Notes: generated by a model not told the origin, from the letters alone. 20,632 nt of DNA from Methanocellales archaeon (GCA_038850285.1 JAWCMA010000023.1:1-20632); one strand, 5' to 3'; counted from the stretch's first letter, positions 1 through 8,724 are shown. Translations and numbers: made by a program.

Positions 1-152
1 TGACCATCCCACTGAGATGGATAACCATTTTCTTTGAAAGCAGTACCCCTAATTTCTACCTCGCTTACAACCGCTGCGCTCGCTGGCATCATTGCTATCG
101 TTGCCGATAGTAGCATTAGCAAGGCAACGACAATTGCGCTTACTCTCTTCAT
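1..152 (-). CDS. S-layer protein (Methanosarcinales-type S-layer domain family), N-terminal part; runs off the left edge
   Basis: Not in the ORF track. My translation from ATG at 152: MKRVSAIVVALLMLLSATIAMMPASA|AVVSEVEIRGTAFKENGYPSQWDG. This is a Sec signal peptide ending ASA, followed by the EIRG motif typical of Methanosarcina-type S-layer proteins. Strong SD (AAGGAGGT) upstream. Confidence 0.75.
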   Translation of the reverse strand, partial: MKRVSAIVVALLMLLSATIAMMPASAAVVSEVEIRGTAFKENGYPSQWDG

Positions 153-160
153 TCTTTCTA

Positions 161-168
161 ACCTCCTT
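161..168 (-). promoter_or_regulatory. Shine-Dalgarno site of the S-layer gene
   Basis: AAGGAGGT on the minus strand, 8 nt before the ATG at 152. Confidence 0.8.
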
Positions 169-187
169 TAAGTTATTAATTATAATT

Positions 188-380
188 TAGTCCCGTTTTT
201 TTAAGGGTGATTTTGTTACTGTTACACTCCTATCCAATCGCTAGCGGCCGCATTTAAATGCGGTTTTTCGTTAATTAGCGATTTTTAAGTAGAATGCTCG
301 CCAAAGGCAACGTCGAATTCAATTCGACAGATGCCGAAGCCCTCTTCATCACCCTTCGAATCCCGTCTTTATATGGACTA
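188..380 (-). ncRNA. Putative structured 5' leader RNA of the S-layer gene
   Basis: Nested complementary segments: 188-193/375-380, 203-211/348-356, 236-243/276-283, palindrome 248-263, 306-309/332-335, 312-319/321-328, 336-339/344-347. Confidence 0.55.
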
Positions 381-402
381 TCGTTGTGCTTATATACCTA
401 CT

Positions 403-416
403 ATATTAAATCTTTT
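403..416 (-). promoter_or_regulatory. BRE/TATA promoter of the S-layer gene
   Basis: Minus strand AAAAGA-TTTAATAT. Normal archaeal spacing puts the TSS near 380, where the outermost leader helix begins. Confidence 0.55.
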
Positions 417-431
417 GTGGTAGAAAACCAT

Positions 432-459
432 TGAATTTTCAAAAAAATGTGAAAATTCA
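432..459. repeat. 10-bp perfect inverted repeat, candidate operator
   Basis: TGAATTTTCA-N8-TGAAAATTCA, just upstream of the putative S-layer BRE/TATA. Confidence 0.5.
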
Positions 460-537
460 TTGTTTATGGCTAAATAATTCGACATTATGTGAACTTATTA
501 ATCGGATCTTAAATGGATCATTGGTAATAAGAAGGAA

Positions 538-566
538 AGTTAAAGAAGTTAAAGAGAGTTAAAGAG
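538..566. repeat. Short tandem repeat AGTTAAAGA(G) x3
   Basis: agttaaaga agttaaagag agttaaagag. Confidence 0.7.
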
Positions 567-784
567 AAAAACGCTTGGGGATGAAATTATTTGCAAGAGA
601 GTGGTAGAACTCAGTTCTATCCCTACGCAATTTGTCCCAGGAGGAAAAGAGAATCATTCGAGCATATCCAAGGCTCTAGCGTTATCTTCTATAGTCGCAT
701 TCGAAGCCATTGATCTAGCAAGAGAATAGTTTTAAGGAGCAAGATTAAATAGATAAGGCTCCCACATTAATTTCAAGGATTAAA

Positions 785-1141
785 ATGGGATATGTTAAAG
801 TTAAGGCAAAAGTATTCAATTTGGAGAGAAGTAAAACCGTGGTTTTAGAATTTCTAGCAGATACTGGTGCTATATATACAGCAATACCAGAGAATTTACT
901 AAACGAGTTGGGAATAATTCCTAAGGGAAAGAGAAAGTTCAAGCTTGCAAATGGAGAGCTGAAGGATTATCCGGTCGGCGAGGCTTATATAGAGATCGAG
1001 GGCGAGGGTGTAACCTCGCTTGTTATTTTCATTCCCAAAGAAGCAACCCCTCTCCTTGGGGTTACAACTCTTGAATTGCTAGGATTGCAGGTAGACACCT
1101 TAAGCGGGAAGCTCAAACCCATGGAGCTTCTTTTACTATAA
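785..1141 (+). CDS. Clan AA (retropepsin-like) aspartic protease, AF_0612-like family
   Basis: 118 aa; catalytic LADTGA motif, flap region FKLANG, C-terminal PLLGVTTLELLGLQVD. Confidence 0.85.
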   Translation: MGYVKVKAKVFNLERSKTVVLEFLADTGAIYTAIPENLLNELGIIPKGKRKFKLANGELKDYPVGEAYIEIEGEGVTSLVIFIPKEATPLLGVTTLELLGLQVDTLSGKLKPMELLLL

Positions 1142-1228
1142 TTATAATTATGCTTTTTCAACAAACTTGAGTAAAAAGTTTTATTGAAAGAAATCAATTT
1201 TGGATCACGATTCAAAAGTGGTGTAGAA

Positions 1229-1636
1229 ATGCTGGAGAGAATCGCTAGATATAGAGATAAAATAAATTATATAGCGGAGAACTTAGAGTTAATTAAGGCC
1301 AAGCCGGAGAGCGAGCTTGAGAAAAGCGGTGTATTTTACTGCCTTCACACTTCTATAGAAGCGGCAATGGATTTAGCTGCGATGGCTATAAGAGATATGG
1401 GCAGAAAAGTTGAGGATGATTATGCAAATATAGAGATCTTAAAGAACTCTGGTTTAATTTCAAGTGAATTAGCCACGCATTTAAAGAAATGCAATGGATT
1501 ACGAAACTACTTAATGCATAGATATAATGAAGTGGATGAACAAATAGCTCTTGAAAACGTGGATTTCGTTAAAAAAACTATGTATAGCTTTTTAGATGCA
1601 ATTGAGGGATTTTTAGATGAACTTAGAGTGGATTAA
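1229..1636 (+). CDS. HEPN-domain RNase toxin (DUF86/HepT family)
   Basis: Intact R-x4-H-x-Y motif (GLRNYLMHRYNEVD) and LHTSIEAAMD helix. ATG 1229 preferred over the track start at 1184 because GTGGTG (SD-like) precedes it. Confidence 0.88.
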   Translation: MLERIARYRDKINYIAENLELIKAKPESELEKSGVFYCLHTSIEAAMDLAAMAIRDMGRKVEDDYANIEILKNSGLISSELATHLKKCNGLRNYLMHRYNEVDEQIALENVDFVKKTMYSFLDAIEGFLDELRVD

Positions 1637-2048
1637 AAGAGATCTCGAGTTTTTAAGGGAATATGAAGTAATCTTATATGGCTCCATTGTAACTCAAGAA
1701 TTTCAAGAGAGGTCTGATATCGATGTAGCTGTGATAACGCGAAATAGGGATAGAACTGAGAATATAGAGCTTTTGAAGAGCTTTTTAGGCAAAGCAAGGG
1801 GGATATATGATATTAGAATATTTGAACTTCTACCTTTGAAGATTCAAGCCTCAGCTATAGCGAGTTATAAAGTGCTATTTGGAAGCGAGCTGGAGATCGC
1901 TGAATATCTCTATCGCTATAGAAAACTCTGGCAAGATTGCAGGCATAGAATATTGGAGAATCAATTTAAAAGCTATAGAGAAAAAATTGAAGCAATGAGG
2001 AGATTTGAAAAGTGGAGATCTAAGAAATCGGGAGGTAAAAGTAAATAA
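1617..2048 (+). CDS. Minimal nucleotidyltransferase (MNT/MntA-type antitoxin)
   Basis: GS-x10-DxD (YGSIVTQEFQERSDID); overlaps the HEPN gene by 20 nt. Confidence 0.88.
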   Translation: MNLEWIKRDLEFLREYEVILYGSIVTQEFQERSDIDVAVITRNRDRTENIELLKSFLGKARGIYDIRIFELLPLKIQASAIASYKVLFGSELEIAEYLYRYRKLWQDCRHRILENQFKSYREKIEAMRRFEKWRSKKSGGKSK

Positions 2049-2071
2049 CAAGTAACAAGTTTGAATGGATT

Positions 2072-2539
2072 TTAAAGTTCTATTATCTCGCCTGCTTTTT
2101 TAACTGGCCAGACCCAAGCGTTTCCAACCCTCTTAATACCTCGCTTTCGAAGCTCGCGCTTTGCCTTTGGAATTGTTTTCCTCAAGAAGCCTTTATCATG
2201 AATTATTATGCCATCTTCAATTGCATCTAAGATATACCCTGCTCGAGCTTTAAATTGCTCTAAGAATTCCCCCTCCGTTAGCCATATACTTTGAATTAAA
2301 GCAGGAGAGCTCTCTATTTCCCTAATAACTTTTGCTCTTTCAAATAAATCCCTTGGTAATTCCTTTGCAATTACTATTAAATCTACATCGCTCTTGGGAA
2401 ATGGCAATTCCTCTCTCCTTGCTATTGAGCCGAATAGTAATGCTCCAATGGCTTTATCTTTGATTTTCTCCAGGTATTCTTCAATTAAAGCCGCGTATTC
2501 TCTATTTAGATTCAAATCTGCTAAGGAAGCTCTCTCCAA
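2072..2539 (-). CDS. Minimal nucleotidyltransferase (MNT) domain protein
   Basis: LFGSIARR...SDVDLIVI (GS-x12-DxD); overlaps the upstream HEPN gene; exact start uncertain. Confidence 0.85.
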   Translation of the reverse strand: MERASLADLNLNREYAALIEEYLEKIKDKAIGALLFGSIARREELPFPKSDVDLIVIAKELPRDLFERAKVIREIESSPALIQSIWLTEGEFLEQFKARAGYILDAIEDGIIIHDKGFLRKTIPKAKRELRKRGIKRVGNAWVWPVKKAGEIIEL

Positions 2540-2960
2540 GCTTCATCACCTCAGCTGCGTTTTTAAATAGCAGCTTGGATTTATCTGCATCGTATATTTC
2601 TATGGGCATTATTATTCTATCAACGGTTTCCCAGCCATATCTAGGGAATTCCTTCTGGCTCTCCAAAATTCTAGAGAGTGCCACTATCTTCTCAAGTAAC
2701 TCAAGCTCTATATTCTTCAATTTATATTTATTACCCCTTATTACCATTAGTTCTATGACTGAGGAAGGAAAATGGGTTTTACCTGGCTCTATCCCCATAA
2801 AGCTCAATATAGCTTTGCAGACTTTTTCACAGCACTGCTGAGAGTGAAAAACCGAGCTTGGAAATCTATTATTCTCCAAGTCAATGGCAGCATCCTTTAG
2901 CTCTTCTTCAGCCATCTTCAACCAGTATTCTGATTTGGTTTTATTCTTCATATTTTCCAC
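2502..2960 (-). CDS. HEPN domain protein (COG2250-like)
   Basis: WLKMAEEEL..A, FHSQQCCEKVCKA, KTH and PRY motifs. The start abuts the vWA stop codon; an alternative ATG is at 2951. Confidence 0.85.
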   Translation of the reverse strand: MENMKNKTKSEYWLKMAEEELKDAAIDLENNRFPSSVFHSQQCCEKVCKAILSFMGIEPGKTHFPSSVIELMVIRGNKYKLKNIELELLEKIVALSRILESQKEFPRYGWETVDRIIMPIEIYDADKSKLLFKNAAEVMKLGESFLSRFESK

Positions 2961-4256
2961 TTAACTTAACGCTCGCTGCTCCATATAGCGCTTGATTATA
3001 AATTCCTTTAGTTTCAAGGGATCTTGGACGAAGGTAACCGTTGCTCTGCCATTTACCCTAGCTATTTCCTCGCAAAGTAGCTTTAACTCAGGTCTTCGAT
3101 CGAGCATGATTAAATTCAATCTTATATTTAGCTCTCCAGCTTCTCTAGCTGCTCTCAAAGTACTTTGCACTGGACTCTCATTTGCTGAGGATGAAGCAGT
3201 TGGCTCGCTATCGGTGATTAAAAATATGCAGCGATTTGCCTCCTCTTTCTCCAGTGTTTTAGCTGCTATATCTATGGCCAAGCCTATATCGGTATAGCCA
3301 ATTGGACGCAATCGAGTTAACTCGCCATGTGCCACTTTTTGCACTTCGTGATTGTAAGCATAAATATAGAGCAGGTCTTCTTTATATTCACGCTGCAGCA
3401 GCTCTCTAAGTGCAAGTGCTGCCATCACTGCGCCTATGAATTTCTCCCCATCCATTGAGAAGGAGATATCAAGCAGGATTACATTAGCTACTCTAGCTAT
3501 GTGATAGGGCTCTCGGATTAATATATCCTCCCGCCTTAGCTTTAACTCCTCGGGATCATTGAGAGCGCTGGAGATCAAGCTTTCCTGTATATCCAGCATA
3601 TCATAGCTATGCCTCTGCTCGTCATATTCCTGCAATCTATGAGAGGGATAGATTCCTAGGCCTTCGCTCTCAATTTCATGGGTGCCAAAGCCTTGTTTCT
3701 CCAGGTTTAAGAAGGCTTCCTCTAGCACTCTTCTAGCGATTAATCTCTCTGCTTTAGCTGTGAACCCAGGGAGGTTTATGAACATATCTGGATATAAAAA
3801 ATCACGCTGCAGCCTCATTGAGCCTACATCCAGGAAGTCTTCTTTGGTGAATTCTTCCACTATTTGCTCAGGAAAGTTTTTAATCAGCTGCTTGGGCGAG
3901 AGATCGCTTGCTTTTATTTCTCCCTTTTTAACTTTATCCGCTAGGTATTCCCAAGCCTTTGCCCTCGCAGCTTTAAGCTTGCAATAAGCAGGGAAGTATT
4001 TCTCCCGCCAGTCCCCTCGAGTCCAGCCTATTGCTGCAATTTGAGGTCTCCCCAGCTCTAGTTCTAGGTCTTCTTCTTGGAGATAGCTCTCAACTATTTC
4101 TGTTATATTCACTTTTCCCTCCCGCTTGTTCTCTAAACTCCTAGGGTTGAGCATGCCATAGAGGATGTCCTCAGCTAGTTTTTCTCCAAAGACAGCTGAA
4201 AACCTAACTTCACCCTTACCCTCGCTCTCTAAGCATGGTTCACACTTTGGCTTCAT
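2961..4256 (-). CDS. von Willebrand factor A (vWA) domain protein, ChlD-like partner of the AAA+ ATPase
   Basis: C-terminal MIDAS elements: LLDISFSM (DxSxS), YTDIGLA, LITDSEP. Confidence 0.85.
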   Translation of the reverse strand: MKPKCEPCLESEGKGEVRFSAVFGEKLAEDILYGMLNPRSLENKREGKVNITEIVESYLQEEDLELELGRPQIAAIGWTRGDWREKYFPAYCKLKAARAKAWEYLADKVKKGEIKASDLSPKQLIKNFPEQIVEEFTKEDFLDVGSMRLQRDFLYPDMFINLPGFTAKAERLIARRVLEEAFLNLEKQGFGTHEIESEGLGIYPSHRLQEYDEQRHSYDMLDIQESLISSALNDPEELKLRREDILIREPYHIARVANVILLDISFSMDGEKFIGAVMAALALRELLQREYKEDLLYIYAYNHEVQKVAHGELTRLRPIGYTDIGLAIDIAAKTLEKEEANRCIFLITDSEPTASSSANESPVQSTLRAAREAGELNIRLNLIMLDRRPELKLLCEEIARVNGRATVTFVQDPLKLKEFIIKRYMEQRALS

Positions 4257-5727
4257 TTGCCACCAACTCTTTAACTATGTAGCCCTCTCGAGTTTTCTCC
4301 ACTGCTTTAGGCAGGCAAATGCTCATGGCGTGCAATATTATTTCAAGGGCTGATAGATATTCCAGATCATTTGGATTAGTTGTTTTTAAAATTCTATTTA
4401 TAAATCCATCTACCTCTGGCTTTCCCCTTAGCTTGCTTAGGATTTGCATTTCTATTGGAATTCTACCCAGTTTTCTAAATTCCTTATATAAAGCGCTGAA
4501 TTCTTCTTCTGGGAGCTCATTGTATATCTCTCTGCAAGTCCTAGTTATTGCTTGCTTAGCGAGCTGCTCTATCACTGTGGATTTAGATTCCTTTACCCCA
4601 TAGGCGAGCTCGATTCTACCCGCGAGTGCTAGTTTAACTGTTTCAAATGCTTCACCATAGTCGGAGAGAAGGGGTACTTCTCTTCCACTGCGATTAGCTT
4701 GAGATATCATATGGTCGAAGAGCTTTATGGTTGCACGGCAAGAGGGCTCAGTTTCTATTTTCTTAGCGATTTCACACTTCTGCTTATCCCGCGCATATCT
4801 CACTATTCGAGCTAGGATTTTAAGGTGGAAAATAGGTATATTTGGAGGCTGCTGCTTCACCTTAACTATATACATATTTCGCCTTCCAATTTCAATTTCA
4901 TTCTCCAGGGTTTCAGGCGGTCCTATTTCAATTTGCTCCATTCTATCCAGCAGCGGTTCTTTAATTGGATTTATACCTCTATAGTTAGCGGGATTGGTTG
5001 AAGCAATTTCTATGGCGTCTACTTTAAAGGGCACTATATCTCCATCAGTGGTAGAAATTTGATGCTCCTCGAAGAGCTCGTGCAGTAAAGTTTGAAGAGA
5101 AGTTGGAATTGCTCCAAGTTCATCGAAGTACCCCACGCCTCGATTTGCCTTCAAAGCTCTACCTGGTATGAATACCTCGGGATCGTCTAAGTCATAGCCT
5201 TCTCTAATTTTCTGTATGGAAATACCACCTATGAGCTGCCTAGTGGTAAGCATTGGATCGCCTGGTATGCGAACCCATATCCTTGGAACCCAAGTTAGCT
5301 CAACTTTGCCGCTCAAGATTTTGGCTTTGCAAGCTAAGCAAGTTGGCCTCGTGGGATCATCGTTTATCTTGCAGCCTTTTATGGCTAAGAGTTTTTCGGG
5401 GAGTAACTTGGCGATTGCTTTAGAAAAAGTGGTTTTTCCATATCCACGAGCGCCTTTGAATAATATTGGAGAGCCTGATAGTAAAGCGTTTTTAACCAAT
5501 TCCTTCTCCAAGGCTTTGCCAACTACATCTGAAAAGGGATCCCTTCCTTGTTTTTCACATTCAAGGATTCTCTCGCGGATGTAGTCAACTGGAGACTTGG
5601 AATGATAATATACATATTCCTCGCTCCAGATGTCAATCTCTCTACCATTGAGGTGATATTTAGGCGAGTTCTGCTTGGTAACTATAACTTCTTCTAATAT
5701 GGCCTTTGATTTCTTTCTTCGCTTCAT
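4240..5727 (-). CDS. AAA+ ATPase, Mg-chelatase ChlI/MoxR-like
   Basis: Walker A GARGYGKTT, Cys-rich insert GCKINDDPTRPTCLAC, PGRALKANRGVGYFDE (Walker B), sensor-1 ASTNP, arginine finger LLDRM. Confidence 0.85.
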   Translation of the reverse strand: MKRRKKSKAILEEVIVTKQNSPKYHLNGREIDIWSEEYVYYHSKSPVDYIRERILECEKQGRDPFSDVVGKALEKELVKNALLSGSPILFKGARGYGKTTFSKAIAKLLPEKLLAIKGCKINDDPTRPTCLACKAKILSGKVELTWVPRIWVRIPGDPMLTTRQLIGGISIQKIREGYDLDDPEVFIPGRALKANRGVGYFDELGAIPTSLQTLLHELFEEHQISTTDGDIVPFKVDAIEIASTNPANYRGINPIKEPLLDRMEQIEIGPPETLENEIEIGRRNMYIVKVKQQPPNIPIFHLKILARIVRYARDKQKCEIAKKIETEPSCRATIKLFDHMISQANRSGREVPLLSDYGEAFETVKLALAGRIELAYGVKESKSTVIEQLAKQAITRTCREIYNELPEEEFSALYKEFRKLGRIPIEMQILSKLRGKPEVDGFINRILKTTNPNDLEYLSALEIILHAMSICLPKAVEKTREGYIVKELVANEAKV

Positions 5728-5751
5728 TTGCTCTAGCTTATGTTATTTCTC

Positions 5752-5758
5752 TTTAAAA
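5752..5758 (-). promoter_or_regulatory. Putative TATA box for the AAA-vWA-HEPN-MNT unit
   Basis: TTTTAAA about 25 nt before ATG 5727, consistent with a leaderless transcript. Confidence 0.35.
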
Positions 5759-5775
5759 GCTTCACCTAAAATTTA

Positions 5776-6138
5776 TCAAATCACATCTCTATCTACGAGA
5801 ATTTGAAGCGATCCATGGCAAGCGGAGGTTATAGCTGTAAGTGCTTCTGAGATGCAGCGCTCAGCTTCATGGTAATCTCGAAGGCTAATTTGCCCTAGGG
5901 CTTGCATTATCTTTTTATCAGCTTCAGCGAAGTTCTTTAAATTAGTTGCATTATGTGCAATTCTAATCTCAGTGAGTAAAGCTTCTAAAAAGGCAGTTAA
6001 TATTTTCTCCCCCCCTGAGATATGCTCGGGATTTAATCCTTCGAGGCGCTCGAGTAATTTAAATCCAATTATTAACTCCGATTTCAATCTCTCGGCATAT
6101 TGAAATTCCTTAAGGGCTTGCTTTAACTCAACTTCCAT
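5776..6138 (-). CDS. Hypothetical protein, predicted all-helical
   Basis: 120-aa ORF overlapping the hisS stop, with a GGAGG SD-like site upstream; no family recognised. Confidence 0.7.
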   Translation of the reverse strand: MEVELKQALKEFQYAERLKSELIIGFKLLERLEGLNPEHISGGEKILTAFLEALLTEIRIAHNATNLKNFAEADKKIMQALGQISLRDYHEAERCISEALTAITSACHGSLQILVDRDVI

Positions 6139-7375
6139 TTTTAATCCTCCTAATTATTTCCTCCAAGCTCAAGCTCAATTGCTCTCCACTATGCATGTTT
6201 CTCAGCGTTAACTTTCCCGATTTCAATTCATCCCCGCCTATGAATAAAGCATAATCTGCGCCTATCGCGTTGGCATGGGCAAGTTGATGCTTCAAGCTTC
6301 GATGCATTAAGTCTAAATCCACTGTGGCATATTCCCTCAATTGCAATGCGATTTCAAGTGCTTCATCCCGCACTATATCTCCAGCGGCTATTACCGCTAT
6401 CCTCTTGGGTTTCTTCACCTCAATTGCATCTCCAAGTGCTTCCATTACTCGGTCGAAGCCTATGCCGAAGCCTGTGGCGGGCGTATTTACCCCACCGAAT
6501 AAATGAGCAAGTCTATAGCTACCTCCCCCTAATATTTGATTCTGCGCTCCTAATTCCCGGGCATATGCTTCAAAGACTACACCTGTGTAGTAATCCAGTC
6601 CTCTAGCGATGCTTAAGTCAACTTCATAGCTCACTCCATACATATCTAAAAATTTTAGCACTTCTATGAAGCGCTTGTACTCTTCGCTCTCGCCTGTTAT
6701 ATTGCGTAGTTTAAGCAAGGTCTCACTTTTGTCCCCGTGGAGTGCTATTAAACCCATTAACTCTTTAGTGGATATTCTAAATTGATTGAGATAGACTTGA
6801 AGTCCCTCTCTATCTTTTTTATCTATGTAATCCAAGATTTTATCTTGCTTCTCGCTCTCAATTTCCCTCATGAGCATTCTAAGGATGTCTAAGCTACCTA
6901 TATGCAGCTCTGCTTCTACTCCAACTGCTTTTAGCATTTGCATTGCCAGTGCTATTACCTCTGCATCTGCCTCAGGGGTATCTGCACCTATTAATTCCAC
7001 TCCAAATTGCCAGAATTCCCTAAATCGACCCTTCTGAGGCTCTTCATAGCGAAAGCAATTCTGGAAGTAATAGAGTTTTAAAGGCTTGGGTGCCATTTGA
7101 AGTTCATTGACATAGAAGCGGATTGAAGGAGCGGTTAACTCAGGGCGGAGTGCTAGATCTCTACCTGCTTTATCTTTAAAAGCATAGATCTCCTTAACTA
7201 TTTCCTCCCCTGATTTCAAGGTGAATAGCTCCAATGCTTCGAATGTGGGAGTGGCTATTTCACGGTAGCCCCATTTCTCAGCTATTTCTCGAAATTTTTG
7301 CTCCACAGCTCTACGCTTCTCCATCTCCTCAGGGGGGAAATCTCTCGTTCCTCTCGGTCTCTTTAGCATTATCAT
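6128..7375 (-). CDS. hisS: Histidine--tRNA ligase
   Basis: RPRGTRDF, LALRPELTAP, FRYEEPQKGRFREFWQFGVE, RGLDYYTG, GGGSY, GFGIGFDR. True start most likely ATG 7375 (alternatives 7393, 7369); the track start at 7447 lies inside the HARP gene. Confidence 0.97.
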   Translation of the reverse strand: MIMLKRPRGTRDFPPEEMEKRRAVEQKFREIAEKWGYREIATPTFEALELFTLKSGEEIVKEIYAFKDKAGRDLALRPELTAPSIRFYVNELQMAPKPLKLYYFQNCFRYEEPQKGRFREFWQFGVELIGADTPEADAEVIALAMQMLKAVGVEAELHIGSLDILRMLMREIESEKQDKILDYIDKKDREGLQVYLNQFRISTKELMGLIALHGDKSETLLKLRNITGESEEYKRFIEVLKFLDMYGVSYEVDLSIARGLDYYTGVVFEAYARELGAQNQILGGGSYRLAHLFGGVNTPATGFGIGFDRVMEALGDAIEVKKPKRIAVIAAGDIVRDEALEIALQLREYATVDLDLMHRSLKHQLAHANAIGADYALFIGGDELKSGKLTLRNMHSGEQLSLSLEEIIRRIKNGS

Positions 7376-7395
7376 AGTCTTCCTTTTTTCCATAA

Positions 7396-8073
7396 TTATT
7401 TCTTCACGCGCTTGAGATATTCTCGAAGCATAGCTGGGAAATTCCAAGCTTCAACATAGCGCAGGCCAAGGCGCTCAGCCCATTTTTGCACCCCATAGTC
7501 GCTTGCAACCACTGCTGCATCTAGTTCTTTAGCTAATAGTAATACATCTATATCTGGCGCGCTATCTAATATGCCATAGCGCAGGGCACTGCGATATTTC
7601 TCTCGAAATTTAGCTATGGTTGCCCCTATTATATCGCGCTCTATCTCTTGCTCTATCTCACTCTTGCTCTTTGCCTTAGTGGTGGTAAATAGGCACTCTA
7701 TGGAGGAATCCCAGATTGCTTCCTCAGCCACTGCCATGCCTTTATTTATTCGATCGCGCATGAAATCGACGTATTCATAGAAGATCTCAGCTGGGATTTT
7801 AACCTCGTATCTATCAGGGGTTTTCTTCACTAGCCAGGTATCAATTTTTGTCATGACTTCTTCTTGACACGCATTTCTCTTCAAGAAATCTCGAAGCTCG
7901 CTATAAACCGTTGGGTAGGGGATATAGCAGCTTATATCCAGATGGAGCCTTGCCTCTGCGATTAAGTCAATGGTTGCATTGATTTGCTCAGTGAGACTCG
8001 CAAAGCCTTCTTTCTCTCTAGTATGGGCATCGGTCACGGCAGTGGTATCTAGTACGAAGCGCTGGCGCATCAT
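7396..8073 (-). CDS. HARP, RNA-free (protein-only) RNase P, PIN-like UPF0278/MJ0950 family
   Basis: [78 protein letters not shown] signatures. Confidence 0.92.
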   Translation of the reverse strand: MMRQRFVLDTTAVTDAHTREKEGFASLTEQINATIDLIAEARLHLDISCYIPYPTVYSELRDFLKRNACQEEVMTKIDTWLVKKTPDRYEVKIPAEIFYEYVDFMRDRINKGMAVAEEAIWDSSIECLFTTTKAKSKSEIEQEIERDIIGATIAKFREKYRSALRYGILDSAPDIDVLLLAKELDAAVVASDYGVQKWAERLGLRYVEAWNFPAMLREYLKRVKK

Positions 8074-8097
8074 TCCATTGACTCCTTAAAAGCTGAG

Positions 8098-8724
8098 CTA
8101 ATCATTTGCATTTATATTTATATTTATCTTCATCTTTATCTTTTTAATATCACTCGGTTTATTTAGATTCAATAGCGTTTTTAACTCCGGGTCGATTTTT
8201 TTAATATCTTCAATTGAGATATAGCTCACCTTTGAAAGTTTAAATACCGCGGCTAAAATGATGTGCTTCCCTTGCTCAATTGCTTGCTTAGCTGCTTGCA
8301 TCATTGACTCCCGCTTGTATACTGCGTGGAGAGTTTCAAGTCTTCCATTTTCCCATCTTGGGATTAAAGCATCGCAATCTTGAGCTTGATTAAATAGTAA
8401 TTCCACTACTCTTGGATTTATGAAGGGCATGTCGCATGCGGCTATGAAGATTGAATTTGAATTCAACACTCGCAAGCCAGCCACTATACCAGCAAGTGGC
8501 CCAAACTCTGGAATTTCATCATAGGCAAGCCTTGCCTCGCCTATATATGGCTTCAAACGCTCCCCTTGTTCTTTATTTGCTGCTGCAACAGCGATTTCAT
8601 CCACAACTTGCCCAAGGGATTCAAGCACTAAGTTGATCATCCTTTTCTTCCCAATTTCAAGCAGTGCTTTATCCCGCTGCATTCGAGTGCTCTTTCCACC
8701 TGCGAGAACTAAGCCCCCTCTCAT
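8098..8724 (-). CDS. mobA: Molybdenum cofactor guanylyltransferase (MobA-like)
   Basis: LVLAGGKSTRMQRDKA, GPLAGI, AACDMPF, LETLHAVY, NLNKPSD motifs. Confidence 0.88.
   Translation of the reverse strand: MRGGLVLAGGKSTRMQRDKALLEIGKKRMINLVLESLGQVVDEIAVAAANKEQGERLKPYIGEARLAYDEIPEFGPLAGIVAGLRVLNSNSIFIAACDMPFINPRVVELLFNQAQDCDALIPRWENGRLETLHAVYKRESMMQAAKQAIEQGKHIILAAVFKLSKVSYISIEDIKKIDPELKTLLNLNKPSDIKKIKMKINININAND
8110..8143. repeat. Hexamer-type simple repeat in the mobA 3' end
   Basis: ATAAAG/ATGAAG/ATAAAT units on the minus strand encode the KIKMKINININ tail. Confidence 0.55.

Noticed and set aside
248-268. Hairpin followed by T5 on the plus strand, like a bacterial intrinsic terminator
   Set aside because: No plus-strand gene ends there; it fits better as one arm of the minus-strand leader.
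575-730. Short open frames and a 15-bp palindrome (605-619) upstream of the protease
   Set aside because: No convincing start or recognisable motif on either strand; may be a gene remnant but cannot be supported.
2961-5727. True magnesium or cobalt chelatase
   Set aside because: No ChlH/CobN subunit or tetrapyrrole genes in the window; only family-level similarity is supported.
7376-7447. N-terminal extension of HisS in the ORF track
   Set aside because: Most of it overlaps the HARP coding region; the conserved HisS sequence starts at MLKRPRGTRD.
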